The position numbers were made by a program, and so were the translations under genes. A DNA stretch of 64,000 nucleotides, taken from NCBI RefSeq assembly GCF_006345805.1, contig NC_043006.1, positions 55,614,001 through 55,678,000 of the forward strand, read 5' to 3'. The notes beneath the pieces were generated by a model. It saw nothing but the letters and a program-made list of their open reading frames with translations. It was not told where the DNA came from and ran no database searches. This stretch comes from Octopus sinensis (taxonomy: Eukaryota). Of the stretch, positions 51,298-63,890 are shown one piece after another; position 1 is the first letter of the stretch; each line of letters opens with the position of its first letter.

Positions 51298-52827
51298 CAA
51301 CAGCCATAATATAAGCGTCAGTAAGAAGTGTATTAAAATAGGTATTATTGAAGATTAAGAAGACGTTGAGGCTAGATGTTTTACACATATTTAAATACAT
51401 CTGATATCTATATTTTGTGGAAATTTCAAGCGATTGGAATAAACATTTTGTAAGTTATGAGGAAATAAACAATCTTTCAAATTGCAGGGTCACTTAGATA
51501 AAATGGACTATTAACCGAGGTATTTTGGGGGGAAACTGTTAATGGGTTAACAGTTAATTCTTATGATCTTACATTATTGGAATATTCAACTGTCAACATG
51601 GCGGTTTGTGAGAGATGACACGTGTTCTGTGATAAAAAGAGAAACATTGAGTGCCTTCATCAAGAGCGCAAGTCAAATTATGTGATAGCAACTACTGTAG
51701 CAAGGTGTAGAAGTGTTGTGCAACGAAATGTAGCTTGTTTTAAGTCATCAGGATCGACAGATGCTAAACCTAAAACCGGTAGACCTTGTAAAGCTTCATC
51801 AAGACAGGATCGTATTATGGTTAGAATCTTACTGATGGATAGTTCTAAGAGTGTTGCTAAGATATCCAACGAATTTAGCTCCACTACCGATGTCAACGTA
51901 TCGTGCAAAACAGTTTCTTGGATGTTACGAAGTTCTGGGTTGCTTACTCGGGCACTAGTGAAGAAACTTCTGATCCCCAAGAAGAATCAAAGAACCCGAC
52001 TTCGTTTCACTCACGAACATGTTGTTTGGAAAGAAGAACAATGTTCGCAGGTTCATTTTAGCGATGAATCGATGTTTATTGTAATTGGTTCCGATGGCGG
52101 GATGTACGTCTGACGAAGAGGCGGTGAAAGGTTATCTAGTGTATATGTGAAGAAGACAGTGGAATATGGAGGATGAGGCTGTGTAATGATATGGGGAGTG
52201 ATCTCTGCTGCTGGTCCTGGTCCACTTATTCGCCTACAAGGGACTGTCAATACTGAAATCTACAAGCAGATTCTTAAACAGCATGCCCTTCCACATCTCA
52301 GATCTTCTTCAGATCAACCAACTATCTTCGTGATTTTTTGAGTGATGAAGATGTGGATAGCCTGGACTGGCCACCCCAACTCTATAGAAAAATGGCTTGG
52401 AAGATTGTTGGAGAGGGGGCGCGAAGTAGAAATGCAAAGAACCAAGATGGACTCTGGGAATTATTGAAAAACGAATGGAACAATATTACTCCATCATTTT
52501 GTTAGAAATAAATTCAGTCCTGTGATAAGAGGTGTCAGGAGGTTATTGACAGTAAAGGGATGTTCACAAAATATTAATAGTAAGGGTTTCTTTTATCTTC
52601 TTGTTCCATTTTTCATTTCTAAGTGACCTTTAACTTTTGGCTGTTGCAGTTTGGAAGATTATTTGTTTATTTCCTCATAACTTACGAAATACTTATTCCA
52701 TTCAGTTGAAATTTTCACGAAAGCTAGATATTAGATATATCTAATTATGTGTAAATATCTAGTCTCAACGGTTTGTTAATCTTCTATAATAAGTATTTCA
52801 ATACTTATCATATTATGGCCGCTACTG
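51295..52827 (+). mobile_element. Tc1-like element with long (about 240 bp) diverged TIRs and a decayed transposase
   Basis: The right end reads CAGTAGCGGCCATAAT in reverse with TA. KTGRP...RQDR, VHFSDES and VMIWGVIS motifs are present. Confidence 0.88.
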
Positions 52828-53648
52828 TATATGTATGTATACATGTGTATGTATGTATGTATGTATGTATGTATGTATGTATGTATGTATGTATGTATGT
52901 ATGCATGTATGTATGTATGTATGTATGTATGTATATATGTATGTATGTATGTATGTATGCACTTAAGTATATATATGTGTACGTTGACTCGTTGATTATA
53001 TATCTATAGTTTCAGTAGTTTAACTGATATATAACTTATAACAAATGCTGTAACCCTTTCTCATTATCTTTTATACATTTTTCAATTCCCTTGATTCTGA
53101 CATTCTTTTCATACACATATCTGTTATCGCCCTGTCACAATATTTTCCCATAATTCCTAATCGAAACAGACTTTACATGTATTGAAATATCAGCAAATTA
53201 TTTCAGTGGTTAATATTTTTCAGCCTGATAATATTTATTTGCTTTCTGTTACTCTATTTCAAATATAACATAAAACTTATATCAATCATATATATGTGCT
53301 ATGTACTATCGATATAAGAGCTCTCTTCTATCTACACATGTACGTCAAACAAATGTATGATATTTAAAATCACAGGTGTAGAGTGCGCCTCCTCAAGTCA
53401 TTTGTGATGCAAGACAATTGATTGCACAGCATCTCACCCTTGACCTACAGGTGCGAGAATGAGTCGAAACGATAGTATTGGTTTTTAATAAGCAAAAATT
53501 TGTGAATTCCATTTTATGTCTATATAAACTACATGGACACTATGGAATTCTTGAAGTATATCGTGTAGTATGTGAATCTCTACGATATTATGACATCTGG
53601 TAACACAGAATTTTACAAGGTTTCTACCCAAATAGAACTTAACTATAA

Positions 53649-53713
<65 letters not shown>

Positions 53714-53714
53714 A

Positions 53715-53745
<31 letters not shown>

Positions 53746-54122
53746 CATATATACACATACATTCACAAACACACACGCTCATACTCACTCACTCACACAC
53801 ACACGCGCACACACCCAAACACTCACTCTCTCATACATATGTATCGTTTGATGTATATCGGTTTGACATACAGCTGTAGATAGCTTAGCGTTCTGACGTA
53901 AGTATAGCATAACGCTTATGCGTATGATTTATATAAGTGTTATTTTATATTTCAAATAGAATGGCAGAAAATAAATGAAAACTATCAGGTTCAAAAGTGC
54001 CAAACACTTCAATCATTACCTGATTTTTCTGTACATTCCAAATATGTTGCTATTGAACAAAGAATACAGCGAATTCTAATTTCTATCTCTGATCAACTTA
54101 CAGGTTTGGGTATGTGCGTGTA

Positions 54123-54279
<157 letters not shown>

Positions 54280-54289
54280 ATATATATAT

Positions 54290-54749
54290 AGGGAGAATTC
54301 ACAAAAAGACAAAAGACAAGTGGTGTAGACAACAAATAGATGTATTAGTATAACGCTCGGGGAGTGAAAAGGTCTTTAACGTTTCGAGCCTACGCTCTTC
54401 CACAGAAAGGAACACAGAAAGAAACAAGGAGAGAAAATAAAGAATGTGTAGTAGCTAGCGATCTATCATGGCGAATGTCGGACAGAAGGGTCAAACAGGA
54501 GAGATAGGGAGACAGGGAGATAATAGACGAAGGTGCGCGTGCGTGTATATAAGAGAGTATATATGTGCGCGTGGAAGAGGGCTGGTGACCTTGACGTGCG
54601 CGTGAGTGTTGTGTGGGTGTGAAAATGTGGGTCTGGAAACTGGTCAGTGGTGGTGTGTGCGTGGTAGTGTATTGTGATGTGATGTGTTGTATGGAATGGT
54701 GGTGTAATGTGTAGTGGTGTCTGGGGGGAGTGATGGTCTTGTATATATG

Positions 54750-54750
<1 letters not shown>
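54290..54750 (-). mobile_element. PLE-type non-coding 3' segment, same family as 48600-49305
   Basis: Colinear with 48840-49305 on the opposite strand. Confidence 0.65.
54374..54411 (-). ncRNA. Minimal hammerhead-like motif with U at core position 6
   Basis: Minus strand CTTT-CTGTGGA-A-GAGC-GTAG-GCTC-GAAAC-GTT^AAAG. Confidence 0.55.
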
Positions 54751-54819
<69 letters not shown>

Positions 54820-55569
54820 TTGGTGTTCGTAGAGGAAAGACGCGTTTGCTTTTGCTCTGTGAAAAAACAAAAAGGTTTGCATAAATCGACGAAAGAATCT
54901 ACTAAAACTAACAAAACATAGAACTTGTTAACTCATAACGATCTACTAAAATACATTAATTAAAAACATAATTATTTCGCTTGAAGCCAAATATAATACG
55001 TTAAAGTTAGTTACGCATGCTAGACTCTTCGCCGAAAAGCACGTAGTGGCAAGTCTTTAGTTTATCTCCAGCCAAATGTAAGAAGGAAAAAGAATTGTTC
55101 TCTTTTCTGTTCTGAAAGAAAACTTCTTCATACAAGCACGCTGGTTTGGACTGTACCTTTTACGCTTACTATCGTTTCCATTTGTTTGTTTATTATTCTT
55201 TTATTTTCCTTTAATATAAGCTAACATCTCAGTTACGATTTACGACGCCATCTTTGTTTACATTCTGAGAATAACTTTCTTTCAATTTCTGTTTCGCTTT
55301 CAATCTATCTTTCATTTCATCTCTATAAAAGTAATATTTAAAAATTATTTTCATATGTTTATTTTCTTGTAATGTAAGTTAAAATTTGAGGTACGACTGA
55401 GCTAGAAATATAATCATAATGTTATCGTAATTTCATTTTATCGTAATTTCATTTTATCGTAATTTCATTTTATCTCTATAAAACTAATATTTAAAAATCC
55501 TTTTCATTTGTTTATTTTCCTGTAATTTAAGCTAACGACTGAGAAATATAATCGTAATTAGTTTAGAAT

Positions 55570-56545
55570 TAAATAATTCTTTCATTCCCTCACTCTCTTC
55601 TACCTCCTCTCTCCTTCCTTACATATATTCCCCCACATCCAGTTCCTTTCTCTCTTCCTTTATCTCTCTTTACGCTTACCCATTCCCTCTCTCTTGCATA
55701 TCTTACACTTTTTCTCATCTCTCTCCCTCCCTTTCATATCCTCCTCTTCTCTCATTTCTCTTTCCTTTCCATCTCACATCTACCTCTCCTCTCGTCACAT
55801 CACCCTCTCTCTCATATACTTCTCATTCGCCCATTCTTCTCACTCCGTCTCTCCCTCTCTCTCACATCCCTAATCCTGTCTCTCCTTCACTCTGTCTCTC
55901 TTTCTCTTGCTGTCCTCTCCCTCCCTCTGTTTCTCTTTCTCTTCCCCTCCTCTCCTTCACTCTGCCTCTCTTTCTCTTCCCCTCTTCTCCTTCACTCTGT
56001 CTCTCTTTCTCTTCCCCTCTTCTCCTTCACTCTGTCTCTCCTTCTATTCCCCTTCTCTCCCCCTCCCCTACCTTCCTCCATCTCTTCAACGCACCACAAC
56101 CCTTGCTTTCCTTCTATCACCCTCTCGATTTCTTTCATAGCACTTCTCTCTTTCCTTCCTATCTCCTTCCCTATTTCCCACCTCTGTGTTTCTCCGTCTC
56201 TACCTCTCTCTATCCCTCATTACCTATCTAGCCTCTACTCCCCCTCTGGACTTCAAAACGAAGATGGCACCAAAGTGGGAAAAGAAAGAGTTAAATCTTC
56301 TGCTAAGAGCATGGACAATTGCTAGTGGCGATCCACCGAACAACATCATCACTGCCGCGCTAAAGAACAATGGATTTCATAGAACCATTGGCCAAATAGA
56401 ACGAAAAAAAGGTGAATTTATCCGGTCTTAAATGCTTATAAGACCACACATCAAAACATTGGATAACATAATTGAAAATTATTGTGGCAAGGCTGATGAG
56501 GATGAAGAGGACGAAAAAGAGAAGGAAGCCGAAAGTCTCTGTAAT
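55570..56545 (+). mobile_element. CT-rich leader of CR1 family 2 followed by a Myb/SANT-like ORF start (ATG 56264)
   Basis: 55770-55905 aligns with 34395-34530. Translation KWEKKELNLLLRAW...ITAALKNNGFHRTIGQIERKK, then an acidic tract after one stop. Confidence 0.6.
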
Positions 56546-56556
56546 CCATGGGTTCC

Positions 56557-57655
56557 TCAGGAAAATTGATCACCTACCCTGGAATTTTTCAGCATTAAAC
56601 TGCATATTATTATCCTCAGCCCATCTGTAGATTGAGTCCAACTCCTGCTGCAGGTGTACAACATCGCTGGGTTCTGTATTTTCTGCGAGACTTTCGTATC
56701 GTCTGCATAGCTGGCCAGGGTGGCTATCAGGGCATTTGAGGTCATATCTGAGAGGGCCACTATAAAAAGTAGCGATCCCAAGACAGTGTCCTGTGGAACA
56801 CCACTCACTATTTGTGTGTTCATAGAGGTGGCTCCATTAACCACTACTGCCTGACTCCTATCTTTCAGGAAGTCATGTAACCATCCTCCAAGTTTTCCAG
56901 CTATGCCGAGGTCACGCAGTTTGTGGCATATCATACCATGATCCACCTTGTCAAAAGCTTTTGCAAAATCAAGGTAGATTACGTCCACATTTGATTTGTT
57001 GAGTAACTGCCTCAACACCCAGTCATAATGCTATAAGAGCTGGGTCAGGCAGCTCCTACCTGGTCGAAAACCATGCTGGGTATCACTCAGCAAGTTATTT
57101 TCCTCAAGGAATGCGATTAGTTTCTTTCTGACTATCCGTTCCATGACTTTGCTGATGTGTGAAGTCAGAGAGATAGGCCTATAGTTTTTGGCATCTGCTC
57201 TACTTCCCCCTTTATGTATTGGGCATATTATTCCCTCCTTCAGCTTGCTTGGCAGTTTGTCATTTGCAAGAAAGCTCTGGAAGAGAATCTTGAGGGGTTT
57301 TGCCAGAGCATGCTTACACGCTTTGAGGAGGATTGCTGGGAAACCGTCTGGACCAGCAGCTGAGTTTGTGTCCACTTCATCTATGGCTAGTAGGACATCT
57401 TTTTCGCTAATGTCAATACATTCTATTGTAACCGCCTCGCTGGTTATAGGTGAGGCGGCAAAGAAGTCCACTGGTTCGTTCACTTGTCTGTGTTCCAACG
57501 GGGTGGTAAAGACACTTTTGAACTGGTCATTCAGCATCTCACTGATCATAGTTGGACTGTCTGTGAGGGAGCCATCCTTTTGGAGGAGGGATCCTATCTT
57601 GTCTCAGAAACACTGAGACTGTTTCTTTCGCGTATTGAAAGAAGGCCTTTGGGTT
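56557..57655 (-). mobile_element. CR1 family 2 RT fragment
   Basis: GPDGFPA, NYRPISLTSH, QHGFRPGRSC, YLDFAKAFD and SYADD. Confidence 0.9.
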
Positions 57656-57897
57656 TGATTTAATGTTTTTTATAAACATTATATATATATATATAATTAA
57701 TATAGGATAAAAATTTTTTCGGGAAAAAAATTTTTATCAATGGCCAGCATATCAAAAACTGCCTTTAAAGGTAAAATTTATACATAATTTACAAGATAAG
57801 GGCAGAAGAAAAATTCTAATGCCAGATATGCCGAAACAAAAAATTGTTGATAACCATTATAATATATGCGTCTCGAAACAAACCGATAGAAATCGTT

Positions 57898-57960
57898 ATT
57901 ACCGTATTGGTCCAATTTCGGGGTTAATTCATAAGAAAATTTCCCCTCTTCAGCGGCAAA
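57898..57960 (-). ncRNA. Canonical type I hammerhead ribozyme
   Basis: Minus strand TTGCCG-CTGAAGA-GGGG-(19-nt loop)-CCCC-GAAA-TTG-GAC-CAA-TA^CGGTAA. All core bases and stems I, II and III are present. Predicted cleavage is between 57905 and 57904. Confidence 0.88.
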
Positions 57961-58118
57961 TACACGAGATATAAATGAAATACCTACTCATACCCATGGA
58001 AAAAGCAATCACTAAGTCCCGAGCAGACTTAAGTACCCTAAATATATCCAAAATAGAAAAATCTTCGGCGCACCTCGAGACACGTGTGATTCGAACCAGA
58101 AACTTTCAGAGTGATAGA

Positions 58119-59750
58119 TTTTCTTTATTACCCATAAAGGGCTACACAGAATGGACAATACAAACATTGGGGACACAAAACATCACAATTACATAAATAT
58201 GGGTACATGGATTATGAAAATGATAGATGAAAGTGATGCTAACGGCCCCATCCGCTAGCATCACTTACCTGTCCTTCAGTCATCAATCCCAAACAAATAC
58301 CCCTTGCTCAGTCCCTATACAATATATCTCCATCTCTATCCTTCTCTCGAACTTCTCTTCCAATTCTTTCACCGTCCCTTCGTCCATTTTCACTTTAAGT
58401 ATTTCCCAGTCCTCCCTTTTGCACCTTTCTATTACCTCATCTACTAGTTCCTTTGCAATTACTGCGCATTTACTCCGTCCCTTATCACACCATTCGTAGT
58501 CTATCGTTGTCTTTTTTTCTCCTCCTTCTCTGCAATACATACAATGTTGGGCCTAGGTTCTTTTTTTTTGTCTTGGCTGTGTGTATCTTTTTTCTGTTTT
58601 CTTGTTGGTGGGGAGCGGGTGGTTTCACTGTCTGCAGGGGAAGGGTGGGACTCAGAGGGTGCGGGTGGTGTTGGGGTGGATTGGGGTTGCGTACTTTTTA
58701 CCTTTCTCCTTCTCTTTCTTTTTTTTCCTTCTTTCTTGCCATTCCTGTTGGACCTCTTCTTCTGTTGTTTCCTTTTCTGTTTGGTTCTGTTCTTCTTTAG
58801 TCTCTTCCTCTTTTTGGGGCTCCGTAACACTTTCCTTTGGTGGGGGAGGGCAGTTGGCTCTTATGTGGCCTCTCTGGCCACACTTATAACAGCGCGGGGC
58901 TCTGCCCTCCACCCACACTCTCATGATGATATTTCCCATTCTTATATTTTCCGTTAACTTTTCCAGCGTTTCGGTCTCCGCCTGCACGTTCATATCTAGG
59001 GTAGCACCCCTCCAGCCTTCATATTTTATGGTAGCATGGAGGATGTCTACCTCTTCTTCACATCCTTTGATTACCGCTGCCGCTATCCATTCACCTTCTA
59101 TGTGTGGGGGTATTCCCTCCACCCTGATTCGAGTGGTTTTCCTGTTCAAATACGAGGGCAGAAGGAATACCTTATCCGTTTTAACTGCTTTGGCTGCCAT
59201 TTTTCTTGCTACGTTTTCGCTCCTAAATTGAACTATTACCGTGCCGAATTCCATGCCTCTTGTCAAATAAATAATTTCTTCCTCTGTTCCCTTCAGCGCT
59301 TCTTCAATAACTTCCATGCTGACTATTTCTATTCTTTTCTTTCCGTTTGCATATACTCGATACTTGACGGTCCTGCGATCGAACCGCTCACCGCGCTTTG
59401 TTGGTGGTGACAATTCAACATCACCGCCTTCTTTTTCCATAAATTCCTGGAAGCCTGGCAACTTGACCAGGTCTACCTCTTTTTCTCCCGACTTCTTCGT
59501 CACTCCTGCATACGTATTACCAAGCCTTTCATCCATTTTCTTCACTGCCTTTTCTAGTTCCTCTTCGTAAGTCGACAATTCTGATAAACTTTCAAACAAC
59601 CTTTGTCTGGCCATCCCTCCTGTTAGGGAGGTGCAGTCCATTTTCTCCTTGTCTGTCTCAACACAGACGGACAACAACCAAAAACCAAAAATCGTATAAC
59701 AAAAACGTTCAACAATAATTCAACAATAAATAATCAGCAACTTACAGTAA
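58119..59750 (-). mobile_element. ORF1-only (HAL1-like) Tx1/L1-type element, 1.63 kb, inserted in the 465-bp unit
   Basis: Gag-like ORF, no EN or RT, a 3' hairpin and AATAAAGAAAA. Flanked by a 39/41-bp direct repeat (58080-58118 and 59751-59791). Confidence 0.75.
58652..59677 (-). CDS. Tx1/L1-type ORF1p (RRM-like region plus CCHC zinc knuckle); C-terminus probably continues through two frameshifts to 58283
   Basis: GTVIVQFRS...LPSYL...RIRVEGIP and VEGRAPRCYKCGQRGHIRANC. Confidence 0.8.
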   Translation of the reverse strand: MLSVCVETDKEKMDCTSLTGGMARQRLFESLSELSTYEEELEKAVKKMDERLGNTYAGVTKKSGEKEVDLVKLPGFQEFMEKEGGDVELSPPTKRGERFDRRTVKYRVYANGKKRIEIVSMEVIEEALKGTEEEIIYLTRGMEFGTVIVQFRSENVARKMAAKAVKTDKVFLLPSYLNRKTTRIRVEGIPPHIEGEWIAAAVIKGCEEEVDILHATIKYEGWRGATLDMNVQAETETLEKLTENIRMGNIIMRVWVEGRAPRCYKCGQRGHIRANCPPPPKESVTEPQKEEETKEEQNQTEKETTEEEVQQEWQERRKKKKEKEKGKKYATPIHPNTTRTL

Positions 59751-60315
59751 ACACGTGTGGTTCGAACTAGAAACTTTCACAGAGTGATAGAATCCGAAAG
59801 TGAACACTAATCTATTCATAATTAATATAGGATAAAAATTTTTTCGGGAAAAAAATTTTATCAATGGCCAGCATATCAAAAAATTAACCCTGAAATTGGA
59901 CCAATACGGTAATAACGAATTTTTTAGAGATTTCTATCGGTTTGTTTCGAGACGCATAAATTATAATGGTCATCGACAATTTTTTGTTTCGGCATATCTG
60001 GCATTAGAATTTTTCTTCTGCCCTTATCTTGTAAATTATGTATAAATTTTACCTTTAAAGGCATTTTTTGATATGCTGGCCATTGATAAAAATTTTTTCC
60101 TGAAAAAAATTTTATCCTATATTAATTATATATAGATTAGTGTTCACTTCCGGATTCTATCACTCTGTGAAAGTTTCTAGTTCGAATCACACGTGTCTCG
60201 AGGTGCGCCGAAGATTTTTCTATTTTGGATATATTTGGGGTACTTAAGTCTGCTTGGGACTTAGTGCTTGCTTTTTCCATGGGTATGAGTAGGTATTTCA
60301 TTTATATCTCGCGTA

Positions 60316-60378
60316 TTTTCCGCTGAAGGGGGGACAATTTCTTATGAATTAACCCCGAAATTGGACCAATACGGTAAT
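60316..60378 (+). ncRNA. Type I hammerhead copy with an A9G core substitution
   Basis: CCG-CTGAAGG-GGGG...CCCC-GAAA-TTGGACCAA-TA^CGG. Confidence 0.7.
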
Positions 60379-60493
60379 AACGAATTTTTTAGAGATTTCT
60401 GTCGGTTTGTTTCGAGACGCATAAATTATAATGGTTATCGACAATTTTTTGTTTCGGCATATCTGGCATTAGAATTTTTCTTCTGCCCTTATC

Positions 60494-60559
<66 letters not shown>

Positions 60560-60667
60560 GTATATATGTATGTATATATGTGTGTGTGTGTGTGCGTGTG
60601 TGTATATATATGTATATATATATATATAGCGTATTCGACTCACGATCGTAAGGTCACGAGTTATATT

Positions 60668-60727
<60 letters not shown>

Positions 60728-61472
60728 GTATATGCATATGCGTGCGTGTGTCTGTATACTTACACATGCGTGCATGTAGAAATAGTTATGCAAACATATG
60801 TGCATGTACACACACACACACACGCACACACACAAATTCACACACATATTTCTAAAGTTTCATTTGTGAATTGGCTGTGGAACTTGTCCTATTAGTATCA
60901 ACCACGAGTATTGTCAATGAGACAATATTATAATCCGACGTTTGGTTTTTTGAAAAAAATCCGTATCTGAAAATCCAAAAGTATTTCGTAATGATTTATA
61001 TATATATGAACACGAAGAATGGAGTGAGCAAGTCTTTTTAATTCATCAATTTACAATTATTTCATCCGAATTCGATCTCATCATTCTAGCTGTGTTATAC
61101 AATAATGTATGCAGCTAATGATTCATTAAGTGTCATTGAAATGACACATAACGAATCTGACTCATTAGAATTACGTATTAAAGTTGTTTGAATATAGCAA
61201 AATAGAAGAAATCGAATACATTTGAAACAATTATAAATCCATGTATTATAGGGGCTTTGCTCACTTCATTCCTCGTGTCTGTAATTATATATGTATGTAA
61301 ATTTGTAAGCGTGTTTGTGTGTGTGTGTGTGTGTGCGTGTGTGTGTGTATGATGAAATTAGTATTTTAGAGCAGTTTACTCACGAGTATTTTAGAGTAAT
61401 TTACTCGTAAGGTGACTCAACATTGAAAGTAAAGTTTATCATAAAGTTAGTTGTGATTGTGGCTTTATAATA

Positions 61473-61800
61473 CAAGCGGGTGCTGAAACGTTCTTGACTT
61501 TGGGTAAAATAGAATACAGGCGGATCATTTAATTATGGGTTTATTCAATATATTCCCCTCTCAGATTCATTCACTCATTGCAGCGGTCCTTCAGTTCTTC
61601 TAAGCTCTGTAAAAAGAACTCGAAAATTTGGGCCTACGACCAGGCCTCTGTTGCAGCAATCACTTCCGAATCGGAGTGAAATTTCTTTCTCCTGAGATGT
61701 TTCTTCCATTGTGGAAAGAGGTGATATTTGGAGGGGAGCAATCAAGAGCGTAAGATGGGTGATCTACTAAAGTCGCGTATTTTTCCGTAGAGTTTCATAT
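61473..61800 (-). mobile_element. Mariner 3' fragment with TIR
   Basis: DHPSYALD...FHSDSEVIAATEAW...RGEYIE. TA plus CAAGCGGGTGCTGAAA terminus. Confidence 0.7.
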
Positions 61801-61829
61801 GCTGTGTGTGTTGGTGCATTGCTCTGCAA

Positions 61830-62700
61830 AAAGAGGACAGACACTACAGCTTAGCTTTCCACAACAAGCTTCATTTAGCCTTTCTGCCCTCTTCTGCTGC
61901 TCTTATAGGATCCGTGCAATGCCTTTAAATGAGGTCATGGATTTTGTGGAAATTCTCTGCTGTGTGCAGCATTTCCATCTTTACCTTGACTATAGACCAG
62001 TTCTCTTTCGGGGTCAATTTTTATGGTGAATATCTCACCACATTTCTCTACTATCATCCCGAAATGATATATATTCACTTCTGAAGGCACTTTTGAAAAG
62101 CTTATTTTATTCACCTGGTTCGCCAGGTAGGAGGGAATTAAAATATACTCTTCTGAGTAGCGCGTCTGAATCGCAATGTTTTTGGCATCTTCGGTATGAC
62201 ATATTGCGACCGGCCTGCCAAACTCCTTTCCCTTTCTTATATGCCATACCAAATCCCAGACATCTTTTGTTCAGGGGTCGTATTTATATCTTCTACTTTT
62301 GCAATTAACGCATCTGCAAGTTAAGTTTTCTTCCAAATTCCATCTTTCACGTCCGATGGAATTTCGAGCAGGTTTGGTTTTACTAAGCAATGCTTATACA
62401 ACTTTCCAAAACCCTTGACAACGGTATGTACTATCCATTGCTGGTTGCTGTTGCTGTTGTCGTTCTTGTTGGTTATAGTGGTGTTGATGAAGTCATTGAT
62501 ATTGTTGCTGCTGTTGTAATTGATGGTGGTTTCGCTGTTTTCTTTGAATTGTTAGAATATTTCGTTCTTCCTTTCTTGTTGTTTCTCTTATATGCTGATG
62601 TTGTATCTTATGCTATCGTCTGTTTTCACCGTGACGCCTTACATTTTCCAGCTCTCACTCTTTCTCATTATCCTCTGGTAACTCCTCTTCTCACTCTCTT
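61830..62700 (-). mobile_element. Decayed gag-like ORF1, homologous to 58652-59677
   Basis: IRKGKEFG...YILIPSYL...KISFSKVP aligns with LTRGMEFG...FLLPSYL...RIRVEGIP. Confidence 0.55.
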
Positions 62701-62914
62701 CCCCTCTCTCTTCAACAAGCTTGACTGACTTTGATATTTTCTCCATGGAGTGGGAAAGCAATATTTTGTTAACGAAAGTAAAATTAAATCAACAAGTCTT
62801 CCTCAAAACCGGGGGCAGAGGAGGAGTGGGACTATTTAGAAGACAAACTCACCACCTGATTGCAGATCACTTTTTATTCACTGTAGTATAAAATTTCAGC
62901 GATTTTAAACAGAA

Positions 62915-63360
62915 TTTGTTTACAAGTCTAGCGTGGCTTGGCATCCATTGCTCCCTCACTCAAAATCTTTTCTACTCTGGGCGCAAGGCCCGAAATCTTT
63001 GGGGAGGGAGCCAGTCGATTAGATGGACCCTAGTATGTAACTGGTACTTAATTTATCGACCCCGAAAGAATGAAAGACAAAGTCGACCTCAGTGGAATTT
63101 GAACTTAGAACGTAAAGACAAACGAAATACCGCTAAGCATTTCTCCCGGCGTGCGAACGTTCCGGCCAGCTCGCTGCCTTGCTCTCTCACTCAGTAGTAA
63201 TAATCATTTCTACTAAAGGCACAAGGCCTCAAACTTTTGGGGAGGGGACTAGTTGATTACATCGACCCCTGTGTTTCACTGGTGTTTAGTTTATCGACCA
63301 CGAAAGGAATTTTAATTTGTCCGCCGTGCTAAAGGCACTGTCAGCTCGTCGCCTTAATTC
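62915..63360 (-). mobile_element. Two adjacent SINE family B copies
   Basis: The minus strand begins AAGGCAGCGAGCTGGCC and AAGGCGACGAGCTGAC, matching 11633. Confidence 0.7.
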
Positions 63361-63446
63361 AAAGAATAATATTAATAACTGACACGTTTCAAAAGAAACA
63401 AAAATTTTTTTGAAGGAGTTGAATATAATCTAAAACATGTTCCTTA

Positions 63447-63614
63447 CACTCTTACTCTTTTACTTGTTCCAGTCATTTGACTGTGACCATGCTGGAGTAC
63501 CGCCTTTAGTCGAGCAAATCGACCCCTGGACTTTTTCTTTGTAAGCCTAGTACGGGGACGTAAACAGCAGCATCGGTTGTCAAGCGATGATGGGGGACAA
63601 ACACAGATACACAA

Positions 63615-63658
<44 letters not shown>

Positions 63659-63672
63659 ATACACACACACAC

Positions 63673-63733
<61 letters not shown>

Positions 63734-63890
63734 ACGGGTTTCCTTCAGTTTCCGTCTATCAAATACACTCACAAGGCTTTGGTGGGCCCGATGCTATAGC
63801 AGAAGACACCTGCCCAAGGTGCCACGCAGTGGGACTGAACCCGGAACCATGTGGTTGGTAAGCAAGCTACTTACCACACAACCACTCCTA
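63447..63890 (-). mobile_element. Full-length SINE family A
   Basis: Aligns end to end with 45150-45557. Confidence 0.88.

Larger units (their letters stand above)
57680..60497. repeat. Non-coding 465-bp tandem array with one hammerhead per unit, an internal strand switch at about 59882, and (TA)n at both ends
   Basis: Landmark GAAATTGGACCAATACGG at 59892 and 60357 (465 bp apart) and inverted at 57902-57919. Confidence 0.9.

Noticed and set aside
53382-53450. Possible 69-nt host exon (AG...GT, SAPPQVICDARQLIAQHLTLDLQ)
   Set aside because: No polypyrimidine tract, a weak donor, no recognisable homology and no partner exons. RNA-seq would be needed.
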